DNA from: Candidatus Pacearchaeota archaeon
GTDB taxonomy: Archaea > Nanobdellota > Nanobdellia > Pacearchaeales > GW2011-AR1
Direction of reading: 5' to 3'
DNA: 51,972 nt
Assembly: GCA_023137045.1 (NCBI GenBank)
Contig: JAGLQB010000001.1
Span: 1-51,972, forward strand
Below are positions 28,276 to 36,282 of this stretch, in pieces (positions within the stretch are counted from its first letter, which is position 1; each line of letters starts with the position of its first letter). The notes below the pieces were generated by a model that did no database searches, had not been told where the DNA came from, and saw nothing but the letters and a program-made list of their open reading frames with translations. Position numbers and translations under genes: made by a program.

Positions 28276-28764
28276 ATGACTAAAAAGAAAAATTTAGGAT
28301 ATATTGTGGGAGGGGTTGTTATTGGTATCTTGCTCATTGTGGTAGTTGTAATTCAAGTTCAAAATAAACAAAAACAGGCAGAACTTGAAAAAGAATTACA
28401 AAGAATACAAGAAGAAAAAGAGTTTTGCGATAGTTTAGAAATTAGTATAAAACCATTTGATATAACTTCTTATGGATATGGAATAGCAACTGCTGGAGTA
28501 AATTATTGTATTGTATCAAATAAAAATACTGCTGTCAAATCTATAATAATTTTAAAGAACGGATTAATGGATGAAAAAGATATAGTATTGCAAAAAGGAA
28601 GTTGTATGATACAGGGAATAAATTATTGGGCAGGATATTCTGGAAGCGGTTATCATGGCGGGGTGAGTTGTGACGATGTTGCAAGTATCGAAATTATTTC
28701 AGATATTTGTCCACAAGTAAAAGACATAGTTACGGATATGAGTGAAATAACTTGTGGAATTTAA
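28276..28764 (+). CDS. membrane-anchored extracellular protein
   Basis: MTKKKN start plus a TM anchor, a short coiled coil and a Cys-containing globular part. The ATG at 28276 lies 1 nt after the preceding stop. Confidence 0.6.
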   Translation: MTKKKNLGYIVGGVVIGILLIVVVVIQVQNKQKQAELEKELQRIQEEKEFCDSLEISIKPFDITSYGYGIATAGVNYCIVSNKNTAVKSIIILKNGLMDEKDIVLQKGSCMIQGINYWAGYSGSGYHGGVSCDDVASIEIISDICPQVKDIVTDMSEITCGI

Positions 28765-28765
28765 A

Positions 28766-30043
28766 ATGGCAAAAAAATCCAAAAATAAGGATTTCAAAAA
28801 ATATCTTAATTTTATTATTCCTGCTATGATTGTTATTCTTTCGGTTATTTTATTTTCTAGTTATCAAAATAATTCTTCTTCTATAACAAGAGGAGAAGAA
28901 GGAGAAAAATCTTCTTTGAGTTTATTTGAAGAAGATAATTCTTGTAAATATAATAAAGGAGAAAATTGTTTAAATGCTCCTTCTAAATGTGTTTGTAAAA
29001 ATAATCAAATTTGTTCCCCTGAAAGAATAAAGTCGGACAATTTAGGATGTTATACAATTGTTTGTGGAGATAGTTATAAAGATGAAGGTGAAACTAGTGA
29101 AACTTGTTGCATAGATGCAGGCTGTTCTAATGGTTTAGTATGTGATGCAAATTTAAATAAATGTGTTAAACCAGAATGCCCTTTTGATTGTTGTATTAAT
29201 GATTTAAAATATCAAAATAAATTTTGTTCACAATATTATACTTGTGACGGCCATCAACATTCTTGCGAACCTGATGACAGCGATAATGATGCTTTTCCCG
29301 ATTATTTAGAAATAGAAATGGGAACAGATAGGTTTGATTCTGATACAGATGGAGATAGTGTTTTAGATGGATATGATAATCATCCTCTTCATGAATATTT
29401 ACCACGAATTTATAGTTATGATTGGCGTTATGGAAAAGAATGGTTAATTTTTACAAAGAAATTTGAATTTGATATAAGCGTTAGTGAAGATGTCGTTTCT
29501 TCTTATGAAAAGATGCCAAAAGATAAACTAATTAGTAGAGAAGATATTCAATTAAAAGAGGTTGCCCAAATAATGGAACAATTAGCAAATGCAGAAGGGT
29601 ATAATGATGCAGATAAATTAATGATGGTTATCTCATTCTCAAGATCATTTAGTTATGATTATGCCAAAAGAGATTTTGATAAACCTCTTCCTGATTGGGC
29701 AAATTTTCCTATGGAAACCATTGTTAAGGAAGAAGGGCTTTGTGCAGATAGTGCAGTTATGGCAACAGCATTATTAAGGGAAATGGGCTATGATACTTAT
29801 TATTTATCTGGTCCTTGTTATGATTATTCTTCTTATCATGCAATTGTGGGTATTGCTCTTGTAAATGGAATTACTTTAGATGGCTCTGAGCGTTATGCAA
29901 CTCACAACGGAAAAAAGTATTATTATGTAGATGCGACTTCATCAGATTATGGGGGTAATTTATTTTATTCAACAACTTCCAAAGATGATTTTGGAACTAC
30001 TTTTTGTCCAATGAATGAATTTATAGTTAGAGATAATTACTAA
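28766..30043 (+). CDS. membrane-anchored Cys-rich protein with Asp-rich (thrombospondin type 3-like) repeats and a transglutaminase-like core
   Basis: MAKKSKNK start plus a TM anchor, and many Cys. It contains DSDNDAFPDYLEIEMGTDRFDSDTDGDSVLDGYD. The core is GLCADSAVMATALLREMGY ... YHAIVGI ... YYYVDAT (Cys-His-Asp). Confidence 0.65.
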   Translation: MAKKSKNKDFKKYLNFIIPAMIVILSVILFSSYQNNSSSITRGEEGEKSSLSLFEEDNSCKYNKGENCLNAPSKCVCKNNQICSPERIKSDNLGCYTIVCGDSYKDEGETSETCCIDAGCSNGLVCDANLNKCVKPECPFDCCINDLKYQNKFCSQYYTCDGHQHSCEPDDSDNDAFPDYLEIEMGTDRFDSDTDGDSVLDGYDNHPLHEYLPRIYSYDWRYGKEWLIFTKKFEFDISVSEDVVSSYEKMPKDKLISREDIQLKEVAQIMEQLANAEGYNDADKLMMVISFSRSFSYDYAKRDFDKPLPDWANFPMETIVKEEGLCADSAVMATALLREMGYDTYYLSGPCYDYSSYHAIVGIALVNGITLDGSERYATHNGKKYYYVDATSSDYGGNLFYSTTSKDDFGTTFCPMNEFIVRDNY

Positions 30044-30243
30044 TTCTCTTATTAATTTAAGACAGAAAGTTATTCATGTTAGTTCTTTATCATTTTTTAA
30101 ATAGAGTCTCTAAGATAAAAACTTTTAAAAATAAAAGACACCTCACTTTTTAATATTAATTCAAACATCACATAGATCAAATTAATTTTAACTAATGGGG
30201 CATCTCTTTCTTTACAATAGCTAGAAATGTATGAAATATATAA

Positions 30244-30321
30244 ACTTTTCGTAGAAAAGTGCTAAACAATTTAGAAGAAGTAATCATAGATTACTTCATT
30301 CAACCATTTCAATTGGTTGAA
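30244..30321 (+). promoter_or_regulatory. three consecutive perfect stem-loops in the ftsZ upstream region
   Basis: ACTTTTC-GTA-GAAAAGT (30244-30260), GAAGTAATC-ATA-GATTACTTC (30277-30297) and TTCAACCA-TTTCAAT-TGGTTGAA (30299-30321). A GGAGG ribosome-binding site follows at about 30340. Confidence 0.3.
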
Positions 30322-30354
30322 GTTTTGAAATAACTGAAAGGAGGTTAAAAAAAA

Positions 30355-31434
30355 ATGGTGTTAGATTTTGCAAAAGAGGCAATAGAAAATGTAGATACGC
30401 ATAGTATTAACTTTGATGAACTAAGAGCTGGCAAAGCAAGTATAAAAGTTATTGGTGTTGGTGGAATGGGTTGTAACGCAGTGACATGGCTTTTTAATAA
30501 AGGAATCAATGGAGCTACAATTTATGCTGCAAATACTGATGCACTTCATTTAAGTGTGACCAAAGCTGATGAAAAAATTTTGATTGGTAAAGAACTTACT
30601 AGAGGTTTAGGTTGTGGGGGAAATCCTGATAGAGGACGAGAAGCTGCAAAGGAAACTTTAGTAGATGTTAAGAAATCTATAGTAGGTTCAGATATGGTAT
30701 TTGTGATAGCTGGAATGGGTGGTGGAACTGGTTCTGGTGCAGCCCCAGTAATAGCTCAACTTGCTAAAGAAACTGGTGCAGTTGTTATCGGTGTTGTTAC
30801 AATGCCCTTTGAAGCAGAGAAGGCAAGAATAGACAAGGCAGAGTTTGCTTTACAGGAGTTGAGAAGTGTGGCAGATACATGCATAGTTTTGGACAATAAT
30901 AGACTTGTAGATATTGCTGGACAATTACCAATTGAACAAGCTTTCGCAGTTGCTAATGAATTAGTAAGTACAATGTGCAAAGGAATCGTTGAGACAATCA
31001 CTCTTCCGAGTTTAATTAATTTAGATTATGCAGATGTTTCAGCAATCATGAAGAATGGAGGCGTAGCAGTTATTGGTATTGGAGAAGCAGATACACAAGA
31101 CCGTGTTACAGAAGCTGTCAAACAGGCCCTTACACATCCTCTACTTGACGTGGATTATCAAGGTGCTACTGGAGCTTTAATACACATTACTTGTGGTCCA
31201 GATTTGAAATTAGAAGAGTTTGACCTTATAGGAAGAACTGTTTCTGAAAACTTAAGCCCAGATGCACAGGTTATCATAGGAGCGAGAATTGACAAAGAAT
31301 TTGCAGGAAAAGTCAGAGTAATAACAATTATGACTGGCGTTAAGTCTCCGTATGTGTTAGGTAAGGATGTTGAAGAACAAATTCTTCCTGTGTCCAGAGA
31401 AATGTCTGATTTGGGAATTGAAGTTTTGAGATAA
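30355..31434 (+). CDS. ftsZ: cell division GTPase FtsZ
   Basis: GVGGMGCNAV, tubulin signature GMGGGTGSGAAPVIA and VVTMPFEAEK. Confidence 0.95.
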   Translation: MVLDFAKEAIENVDTHSINFDELRAGKASIKVIGVGGMGCNAVTWLFNKGINGATIYAANTDALHLSVTKADEKILIGKELTRGLGCGGNPDRGREAAKETLVDVKKSIVGSDMVFVIAGMGGGTGSGAAPVIAQLAKETGAVVIGVVTMPFEAEKARIDKAEFALQELRSVADTCIVLDNNRLVDIAGQLPIEQAFAVANELVSTMCKGIVETITLPSLINLDYADVSAIMKNGGVAVIGIGEADTQDRVTEAVKQALTHPLLDVDYQGATGALIHITCGPDLKLEEFDLIGRTVSENLSPDAQVIIGARIDKEFAGKVRVITIMTGVKSPYVLGKDVEEQILPVSREMSDLGIEVLR

Positions 31435-31441
31435 ATTTTAT

Positions 31442-31497
31442 GGGGAATTTTCCCTTTTATTTTTTATTTGGGGGTAAAACCCCTTTTTGTTTTTTTA
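31442..31497 (+). terminator. tandem hairpin plus oligo-T terminator candidates after ftsZ
   Basis: GGGAA-TT-TTCCC is followed by TTTTATTTTTTATTT. GGGG-TAAAA-CCCC is followed by TTTTTGTTTTTTT. Confidence 0.5.
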
Positions 31498-31575
31498 GAA
31501 TTAATTTTTAATTATTGGAGAGAAGAATTTTAAAATTATAATAAAATTTATAAATGAATTATCATCTTAGTTAGT

Positions 31576-31956
31576 ATGGAAAAAGATGTAGGATTATTAA
31601 TTAAACGATTATCTGAAGAGAAATTTGATGGAAAAAAATTGGAGTGGCAAAAGGGATTTAGTCTGGGAAATTATCAAGGTGCTTCTTTTGTTGAAGATGC
31701 AGAAAATAAATATTTTTTGTATAATGATATAATCATAGTTCATAATAAAGATTCTGAGAAATATAATTGTTATGATTGTGATTCTCCGATCAAATTTATT
31801 ATGACTATTAATCCTGCAATTTTACCTAAATTTTATTGTCCTAATTGTCAAGAAGAACCTGCAGGACAGAATGTTCTTAATAAAGATTTTATAGAAAAAG
31901 CTTTATTTGAAGATAAAGATATTAAAAGCAATGGTTTTTTTAGATATCGCAAATAG
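31576..31956 (+). CDS. hypothetical protein with a CxxC...CxxC zinc-ribbon-like motif
   Basis: 126-aa ORF containing CYDCDS ... CPNC. Confidence 0.5.
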   Translation: MEKDVGLLIKRLSEEKFDGKKLEWQKGFSLGNYQGASFVEDAENKYFLYNDIIIVHNKDSEKYNCYDCDSPIKFIMTINPAILPKFYCPNCQEEPAGQNVLNKDFIEKALFEDKDIKSNGFFRYRK

Positions 31957-31974
31957 TTTTATTGAGAGAACTTT

Positions 31975-32532
31975 TTAAGCATCAATCCTCTTCGGACTTT
32001 TCATTTTTTTATTTCCATATCTGTTAAAATATAATATTCTATCCATGTCTATTTTCATTTTTCTTGTTCCTGGTTTTTTAAATTCATAGCCAATTGGAAA
32101 TAATGCTTCAATATTTATGTCTTTTGGAATTTCTAATATTTCTTTTACTTTATTATTTACAAAAGCTCCGACCCAACAAGTTGAAAGACCTTTTTCTTCT
32201 ATTTTTAATAAAAAGTTTTGGATTGCTGCACCAGCTTGTTGTCTGCAATAAATTTCCCCTCTTTTTTCATAGGAATTTACTGTTCTTGAAGGGTTAGTGC
32301 AAACCACAACAACATATTTTGCTTTTGCGATAAATGATTGTTGTGCTGCGTTAGCAAGTTGCGCTATTTTTTCAGAATCATCAACTAGAATAAATTTAAG
32401 ACTAAAATTATTTCCTGCCATAGGAGCATATCTTGCGACGTCTATGCATTCAAGAATATCTCTCCAGTTTGGTTTTTTATTTTTGAATTTTCTTACACTT
32501 CTTCGTAATCGGATTATGTTGTTTAGTTTCAT
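31975..32532 (-). CDS. nitroreductase-family protein
   Basis: RRSVRKFKNKKP N-terminal motif, with the size and pattern of the NADH oxidase/flavin reductase family. Confidence 0.85.
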   Translation of the reverse strand: MKLNNIIRLRRSVRKFKNKKPNWRDILECIDVARYAPMAGNNFSLKFILVDDSEKIAQLANAAQQSFIAKAKYVVVVCTNPSRTVNSYEKRGEIYCRQQAGAAIQNFLLKIEEKGLSTCWVGAFVNNKVKEILEIPKDINIEALFPIGYEFKKPGTRKMKIDMDRILYFNRYGNKKMKSPKRIDA

Positions 32533-32588
32533 AATTAAAAAGAGAGAGTAATCTTTAAAAAATTAATGGAATGTACTAGAAAAATAAA

Positions 32589-32680
32589 ACGTCCCCGGGA
32601 GGACTGTTCGCAAGCTCACTCATATCAAGGGCGATAAAAGATTCGTGAACATTGCTCATCGAACCTTAGGTTCTCGTCAG
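32589..32680 (-). other. GC-rich structured segment of about 90 nt ending in a 17-nt copy of the tRNA-Asn 3' end (ncRNA candidate or integration scar)
   Basis: Roughly half G+C by hand count in an AT-rich genome. On the minus strand it follows the tRNA-Asn terminator hairpin and is itself followed by TTTTATTTT. Its last 17 nt (AGTCCTCCCGGGGACGT) equal the tRNA-Asn 3' end. It contains a GAACC-TAA-GGTTC hairpin. Confidence 0.3.
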
Positions 32681-32707
32681 AAATAAAATAATATCTAAAG
32701 ATATTAT
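32681..32707 (-). terminator. hairpin plus oligo-T after tRNA-Asn
   Basis: Minus strand reads ATAATATC-TTTA-GATATTAT followed by TTTTATTT. Confidence 0.4.
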
Positions 32708-32710
32708 GAA

Positions 32711-32828
32711 CGTCCCCGGGAGGACTCGAACCTCCGACCTATCGGTTTCTGTGATTTCAAGATATAGGATGAGTAAATCTTGATTTACACTTAACAGCCG
32801 ATCGCTCTACCAACTGAGCCACAGGGAC
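32711..32828 (-). tRNA. tRNA-Asn (anticodon GTT) with a 45-nt intron at the canonical 37/38 position
   Basis: The minus strand reads GTCCCTG TG GCTC AGTTGGTA GAGC G ATCGG CTGTTA[45-nt intron]A CCGAT AGGTC GGAGG TTCGAGT CCTCC CGGGGAC G. The intron contains a TCAAGAT/ATCTTGA hairpin and an ACAG that can pair with the CTGT of the anticodon loop. Confidence 0.9.
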
Positions 32829-32851
32829 TTAATCAAGTCAAAATTTTCCAA

Positions 32852-32859
32852 TATTTAAA
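32852..32859 (-). promoter_or_regulatory. candidate TATA box for tRNA-Asn
   Basis: The minus strand reads TTTAAATA, ending 24 nt upstream of the tRNA 5' end. The same octamer and spacing occur at 44016-44023. Confidence 0.4.
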
Positions 32860-32860
32860 T

Positions 32861-33361
32861 TTATTCTTTCAGTCCAAGATCAACAATTGGTTTGACTTGG
32901 TGTTTTTCTAAAAAACTATACACGTTTGATTGTTTGGCTCCATGTATGATGGATATAGTTGCTTCTTGCCCACTTTCTAGAAATTCTGGAGAGCAAATAA
33001 TTCCTACAAGATTATCTTTTAGTTCAAAATAACATTTTGTTAATTGATGCAAAGTTTGCAATGTTTTTCCTTTTTTCCCGATGATTCTTGCCCGAATTCT
33101 TTTTAAGTCACGCCTTTTCGTGTAATCTTTTATGTTTAATACTTCAAAAATAAAATCTTCTTCCTTAATTAACATAACAGTTGAAAATGGAAATCCAAAG
33201 TTCAGCGCATCAATAATTTCACCTGCAGTATATTCATCAGTTGGTTTGCCCTGAATAAAAACTTCTTTGCCTCTATGTGTTATTTTAACATTTAATTTGG
33301 ATTCTAATCTTTTTTTGTTTTTTAATATTCTTGGCAGTTTTTCAGATAGTATTGTTTTCAT
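32861..33361 (-). CDS. KH-domain RNA-binding protein (archaeal Dim2/Pno1-like)
   Basis: Two KH-like modules and a GxxG motif (IIGKKGKT). It is adjacent to aIF-1A, as in many archaea. Confidence 0.8.
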   Translation of the reverse strand: MKTILSEKLPRILKNKKRLESKLNVKITHRGKEVFIQGKPTDEYTAGEIIDALNFGFPFSTVMLIKEEDFIFEVLNIKDYTKRRDLKRIRARIIGKKGKTLQTLHQLTKCYFELKDNLVGIICSPEFLESGQEATISIIHGAKQSNVYSFLEKHQVKPIVDLGLKE

Positions 33362-33382
33362 TTTATTAAAAATCTAGATAAT

Positions 33383-33712
33383 TTAAAATTCAGTTTTTTC
33401 TTTTTGCAAGTAACCGTTTTTTCTTAACCATGCAACTTGGTTTGGCCGATATTTAAACAGAACATCTCCTTTAGTATTGTCTAATTCCCAAGGTTCAATA
33501 ATAACAATGTCATTTGGTCTAAGCCATAATTTTCTTTTTAATCTTCCTGGAACTCTGCAGTTTCTGGATTTGCTGTCAAGACAATCAACCATCATTTTAT
33601 TTCCTCCAAGTCTTTGTTCAATAATTCCTAATACTTCCTTTCCTCGCGGGAGTTTTACTCTTGTAATTTTTTGCGGAATTGCTTGTTCTTCTCGTTTTTT
33701 ATTTGATTTCAT
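33383..33712 (-). CDS. eif1a: translation initiation factor aIF-1A
   Basis: VKLPRGKEVLGIIEQRLGGNKMMVDCLDSKSRNCRVPGRLKRKLWLRPNDIVIIEPW, an S1-like OB fold. Confidence 0.9.
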   Translation of the reverse strand: MKSNKKREEQAIPQKITRVKLPRGKEVLGIIEQRLGGNKMMVDCLDSKSRNCRVPGRLKRKLWLRPNDIVIIEPWELDNTKGDVLFKYRPNQVAWLRKNGYLQKEKTEF

Positions 33713-33788
33713 TTTAAAGTGTATTTAATTTACTTAACAAATGTTTAAATATCTTTTTAAATAAGTATTATTGTCTTGATTATTAAAA

Positions 33789-34070
33789 ATGACAGAGATT
33801 CCATTTTATTTAGCAGATGAAGGAAAAACTTATTATGTTTCAAGAATAGCTGAAACTGATCGGGAGTATGGACATGGACTTAGGCAAAGATTAATAGATT
33901 TTCAGATTATTCCTGGGAATGAAATCAGTATTTTAAAAAAAGGAAATTTAAAGAATCCTTATGTCGTGAAAGTTGGCGCATCAAAAATAATTCTTTGTGC
34001 ACGATTTTGTAACAAATTATTGTTATGTGAAAATAAGGAAGATCTGGAAAAGATTAGAAAAAAATATTGA
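33789..34070 (+). CDS. FeoA/DtxR-SH3-like domain protein
   Basis: RQRLIDFQIIPGNEISILKKG...PYVVKVGASKIIL resembles the FeoA domain pattern. Confidence 0.45.
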   Translation: MTEIPFYLADEGKTYYVSRIAETDREYGHGLRQRLIDFQIIPGNEISILKKGNLKNPYVVKVGASKIILCARFCNKLLLCENKEDLEKIRKKY

Positions 34071-34072
34071 AT

Positions 34073-34369
34073 TTATAAAAAAATCATTGCAAAGGGAATT
34101 CCCTTAATTTTTTTAATGCCTTCTTTAGAAATTATTCCTGCTTTTAATGCACAATTTACAGATTTTTTTCCAACAATATTAAATGTGGCGTCTTCTTTTG
34201 ACATATTTTGCATGATGTCTATGACTTTTTCTTCTGGAACTTCTTCCCCCTTATAGAAATTTTCTTTGACATCTAATTGAAATTTTCCCTCTCCAAATTT
34301 TTTCCCAATTAAATTAAAATCACAGATAGCAACAATCTCTCTACAAGAGCTAGTAATTTTTACAAACAT
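34073..34369 (-). CDS. DUF424-family archaeal protein
   Basis: MFVKI...EIVAICDFNLIGKKFGEGKFQLDVKENFYKGEEV matches the pattern I recall for DUF424. Confidence 0.65.
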   Translation of the reverse strand: MFVKITSSCREIVAICDFNLIGKKFGEGKFQLDVKENFYKGEEVPEEKVIDIMQNMSKEDATFNIVGKKSVNCALKAGIISKEGIKKIKGIPFAMIFL

Positions 34370-34384
34370 TTTGCAAAAGTAGAA

Positions 34385-34579
34385 CTAAAAAGATTTTTTT
34401 GCTCCATCTTTGATTGCTTTTTCTGCATTGTCTTTTGACATCATGGCACACATCTTTGTTTTGTTACATTTAGAACAAATACCTTTTGCCATGTATCCAC
34501 CTCTTGCAGTCTGCACAATCTCTGGGTCTTTCATTTCTACACCTTTTTCTTTGCAAACGACACAATATCCTTTTACCAT
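34385..34579 (-). CDS. small zinc-ribbon protein (DUF5679-like)
   Basis: 64 aa with CVVCKEK...CSKCNKTKM. Confidence 0.5.
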   Translation of the reverse strand: MVKGYCVVCKEKGVEMKDPEIVQTARGGYMAKGICSKCNKTKMCAMMSKDNAEKAIKDGAKKSF

Positions 34580-34687
34580 AATTTAGTATGCACATTTTGT
34601 TTTTTAAATGTTCTGATGTTCTGGGCTTGTTAATTTACATATATCAATCACAATTTTATTTATATATGGTAAGCAAGAATAAATATA

Positions 34688-35635
34688 ATGGTAAAAAAAG
34701 AAAATTCACCAAAAATTATTAATCCTAAAATATTTGAATTATTAAAAGATAGTTTTAAAGAATTAACTAAGATAAGAAAAAAACCCCTTTTAGTGATGTT
34801 TTATAATGATAGTGCAGGACAAATTTTGCCTTATGATATAGAAGCTTTAGAGGGTGTTTTTGATGATTTTTTAAAAAGTAAGAAAAAAGAAGGTTTTTTA
34901 GAATTGGATTTATTGATTCATACTCATGGTGGAGAAGCACATACTGCTTATAGATTAATACAAATGATTAGAAGTTATTGTAAACAATTAAATGTCTTAG
35001 TTGCAACATATGCTCATAGTGGGGGAACTTTAATTGCTTTTGGAGCAACTAAAGTAGAAATGGGGAGAACTGCTACACTATCTCCTGTTGATGTTCAAAT
35101 ATGGAAAGAAAATGAAGATAATGCTTTCTCCCTACTTTCAATAGAGAAATATACGGAATTTCTAGAGAATACTGTAAGAGAGCATAATTTTCTAAATGAA
35201 AAAAATAAAGCATATTTTCTAACCGAATTAACTAAAAAACTTATTGAGGAAGTTGAACCATCAAAATTAGGGGAATTATTTAGGCTAAGAAGTTTAACTG
35301 AGCTTCATTCAAAAGCGTTGTTACATAATTATATGTTAAAAAATTTATCTGAAAAAGAAGCATTAGCTGATAAGATTATTTCTAAATTTACTAAAGAAAG
35401 TCCAACACATCAATTTTTAATGGATTATGAAATTGTGAAGGAAAGTGGTTTGAATGTTAAGAAAATGGAGGAAAAAGTTTATAAATTATCTTGTAGTTTA
35501 ATTGATAAGTTAAAACTTTTGGAAAGAGTAGGATTAATTTGTGATTTTTATCCTTCGTCGATAAAAAAGAGACAACCCTTTTTTAAAATATATGATGCAG
35601 AAGAAAAATCAAATGAAAAAAAACAAAAAAAGTGA
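34688..35635 (+). CDS. ClpP/SppA-fold serine protease of the SDH (serine dehydrogenase proteinase) family
   Basis: LLIHTHGGEAHTAYRLIQMIR and ATYAHSGGTLIAFGATKVEMGRTATLSPVDVQ. Confidence 0.65.
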   Translation: MVKKENSPKIINPKIFELLKDSFKELTKIRKKPLLVMFYNDSAGQILPYDIEALEGVFDDFLKSKKKEGFLELDLLIHTHGGEAHTAYRLIQMIRSYCKQLNVLVATYAHSGGTLIAFGATKVEMGRTATLSPVDVQIWKENEDNAFSLLSIEKYTEFLENTVREHNFLNEKNKAYFLTELTKKLIEEVEPSKLGELFRLRSLTELHSKALLHNYMLKNLSEKEALADKIISKFTKESPTHQFLMDYEIVKESGLNVKKMEEKVYKLSCSLIDKLKLLERVGLICDFYPSSIKKRQPFFKIYDAEEKSNEKKQKK

Positions 35636-35753
35636 GTTTCAAAAAGAAATAGAATCTGATGAAAGAAGACTGAAAGAAATCTATGATAGAATATTAGGCG
35701 TCTATAAGTCTATTAATTATACAGAATTGACTGAAGAATATCTTATAGCTTAA
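35613..35753 (+). CDS. possible 46-aa ORF overlapping the end of the protease gene
   Basis: The ATG at 35613 is in the +1 frame relative to the protease stop. It translates to MKKNKKSEFQKEIESDERRLKEIYDRILGVYKSINYTELTEEYLIA. There is no motif, and short ORFs are easy to get by chance in AT-rich DNA. Confidence 0.2.
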   Translation: MKKNKKSEFQKEIESDERRLKEIYDRILGVYKSINYTELTEEYLIA

Positions 35754-35821
35754 ATTCTTTATTGTTGTCTATAAGACCAATCAATCAAATTAACATCAAT
35801 AAAAAGAAATCTCAAATTTGA

Positions 35822-36232
35822 CTAAATCTTGCTTCTTACACTGTGTTTTGCTCCGCATGCAAGACAATGGATAAAACTTAATCTGCCTTCTTTAATTAAT
35901 TCAGTATCTGGTTTTTGGCATTCTTTACATAGAACAAATTCTTTTGCATATTGCTCTATTTTTTGATTTATTTTTGTGCTCGGAACTTTAATATTTAAAA
36001 CAAGTCTGTCTCCTTCTCTTTGCCCTGAAGCAGCAAGTTCTTTTAACATAAATTTTTGAAAGTGTTCAGGAGTTCTTCTTATGTGTGTGGCGATTTGAAA
36101 GAAGTTCGTGAGAATTGTTTTTCTTCCTTCAAAATGTCCTTCTACTTTTGGAATTTCAAATCTTTTACTAGACGTATCTATTTGTTTTACTTTCCCATAA
36201 GCTTCATTTAACATGTCTTCATAGTTTGCCAT
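35822..36232 (-). CDS. eif2b: translation initiation factor aIF-2 beta subunit
   Basis: FEIPKVEGHFEGRKTILTNF and a C-terminal zinc ribbon CKECQKPDT...CLACGA. Start placed at MANYED. Confidence 0.9.
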   Translation of the reverse strand: MANYEDMLNEAYGKVKQIDTSSKRFEIPKVEGHFEGRKTILTNFFQIATHIRRTPEHFQKFMLKELAASGQREGDRLVLNIKVPSTKINQKIEQYAKEFVLCKECQKPDTELIKEGRLSFIHCLACGAKHSVRSKI

Positions 36233-36282
36233 AATGATTTGTGAAAACAACAATTTATAAATCTTTTATTATTTTTATAAGC

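Noticed and set aside
32094-32551. Two plus-strand ORFs (67 and 84 aa)
   Set aside because: They are antisense to the nitroreductase gene, which has a clear family signature.
32589-32680. Split-tRNA 3' half or second intron-containing tRNA sharing the tRNA-Asn acceptor end
   Set aside because: Only the last 17 nt match the tRNA. There is no GGAGG partner for the CCTCC T-stem strand and no T loop. No matching 5' half was found in the window.
32655-32690. Hammerhead-ribozyme-like CUGACGAG followed by a GAACC-UAA-GGUUC hairpin (minus strand)
   Set aside because: The conserved GAAA element that must follow stem II is missing (the sequence reads GAUGAGC). No plausible stems I and III could be drawn.
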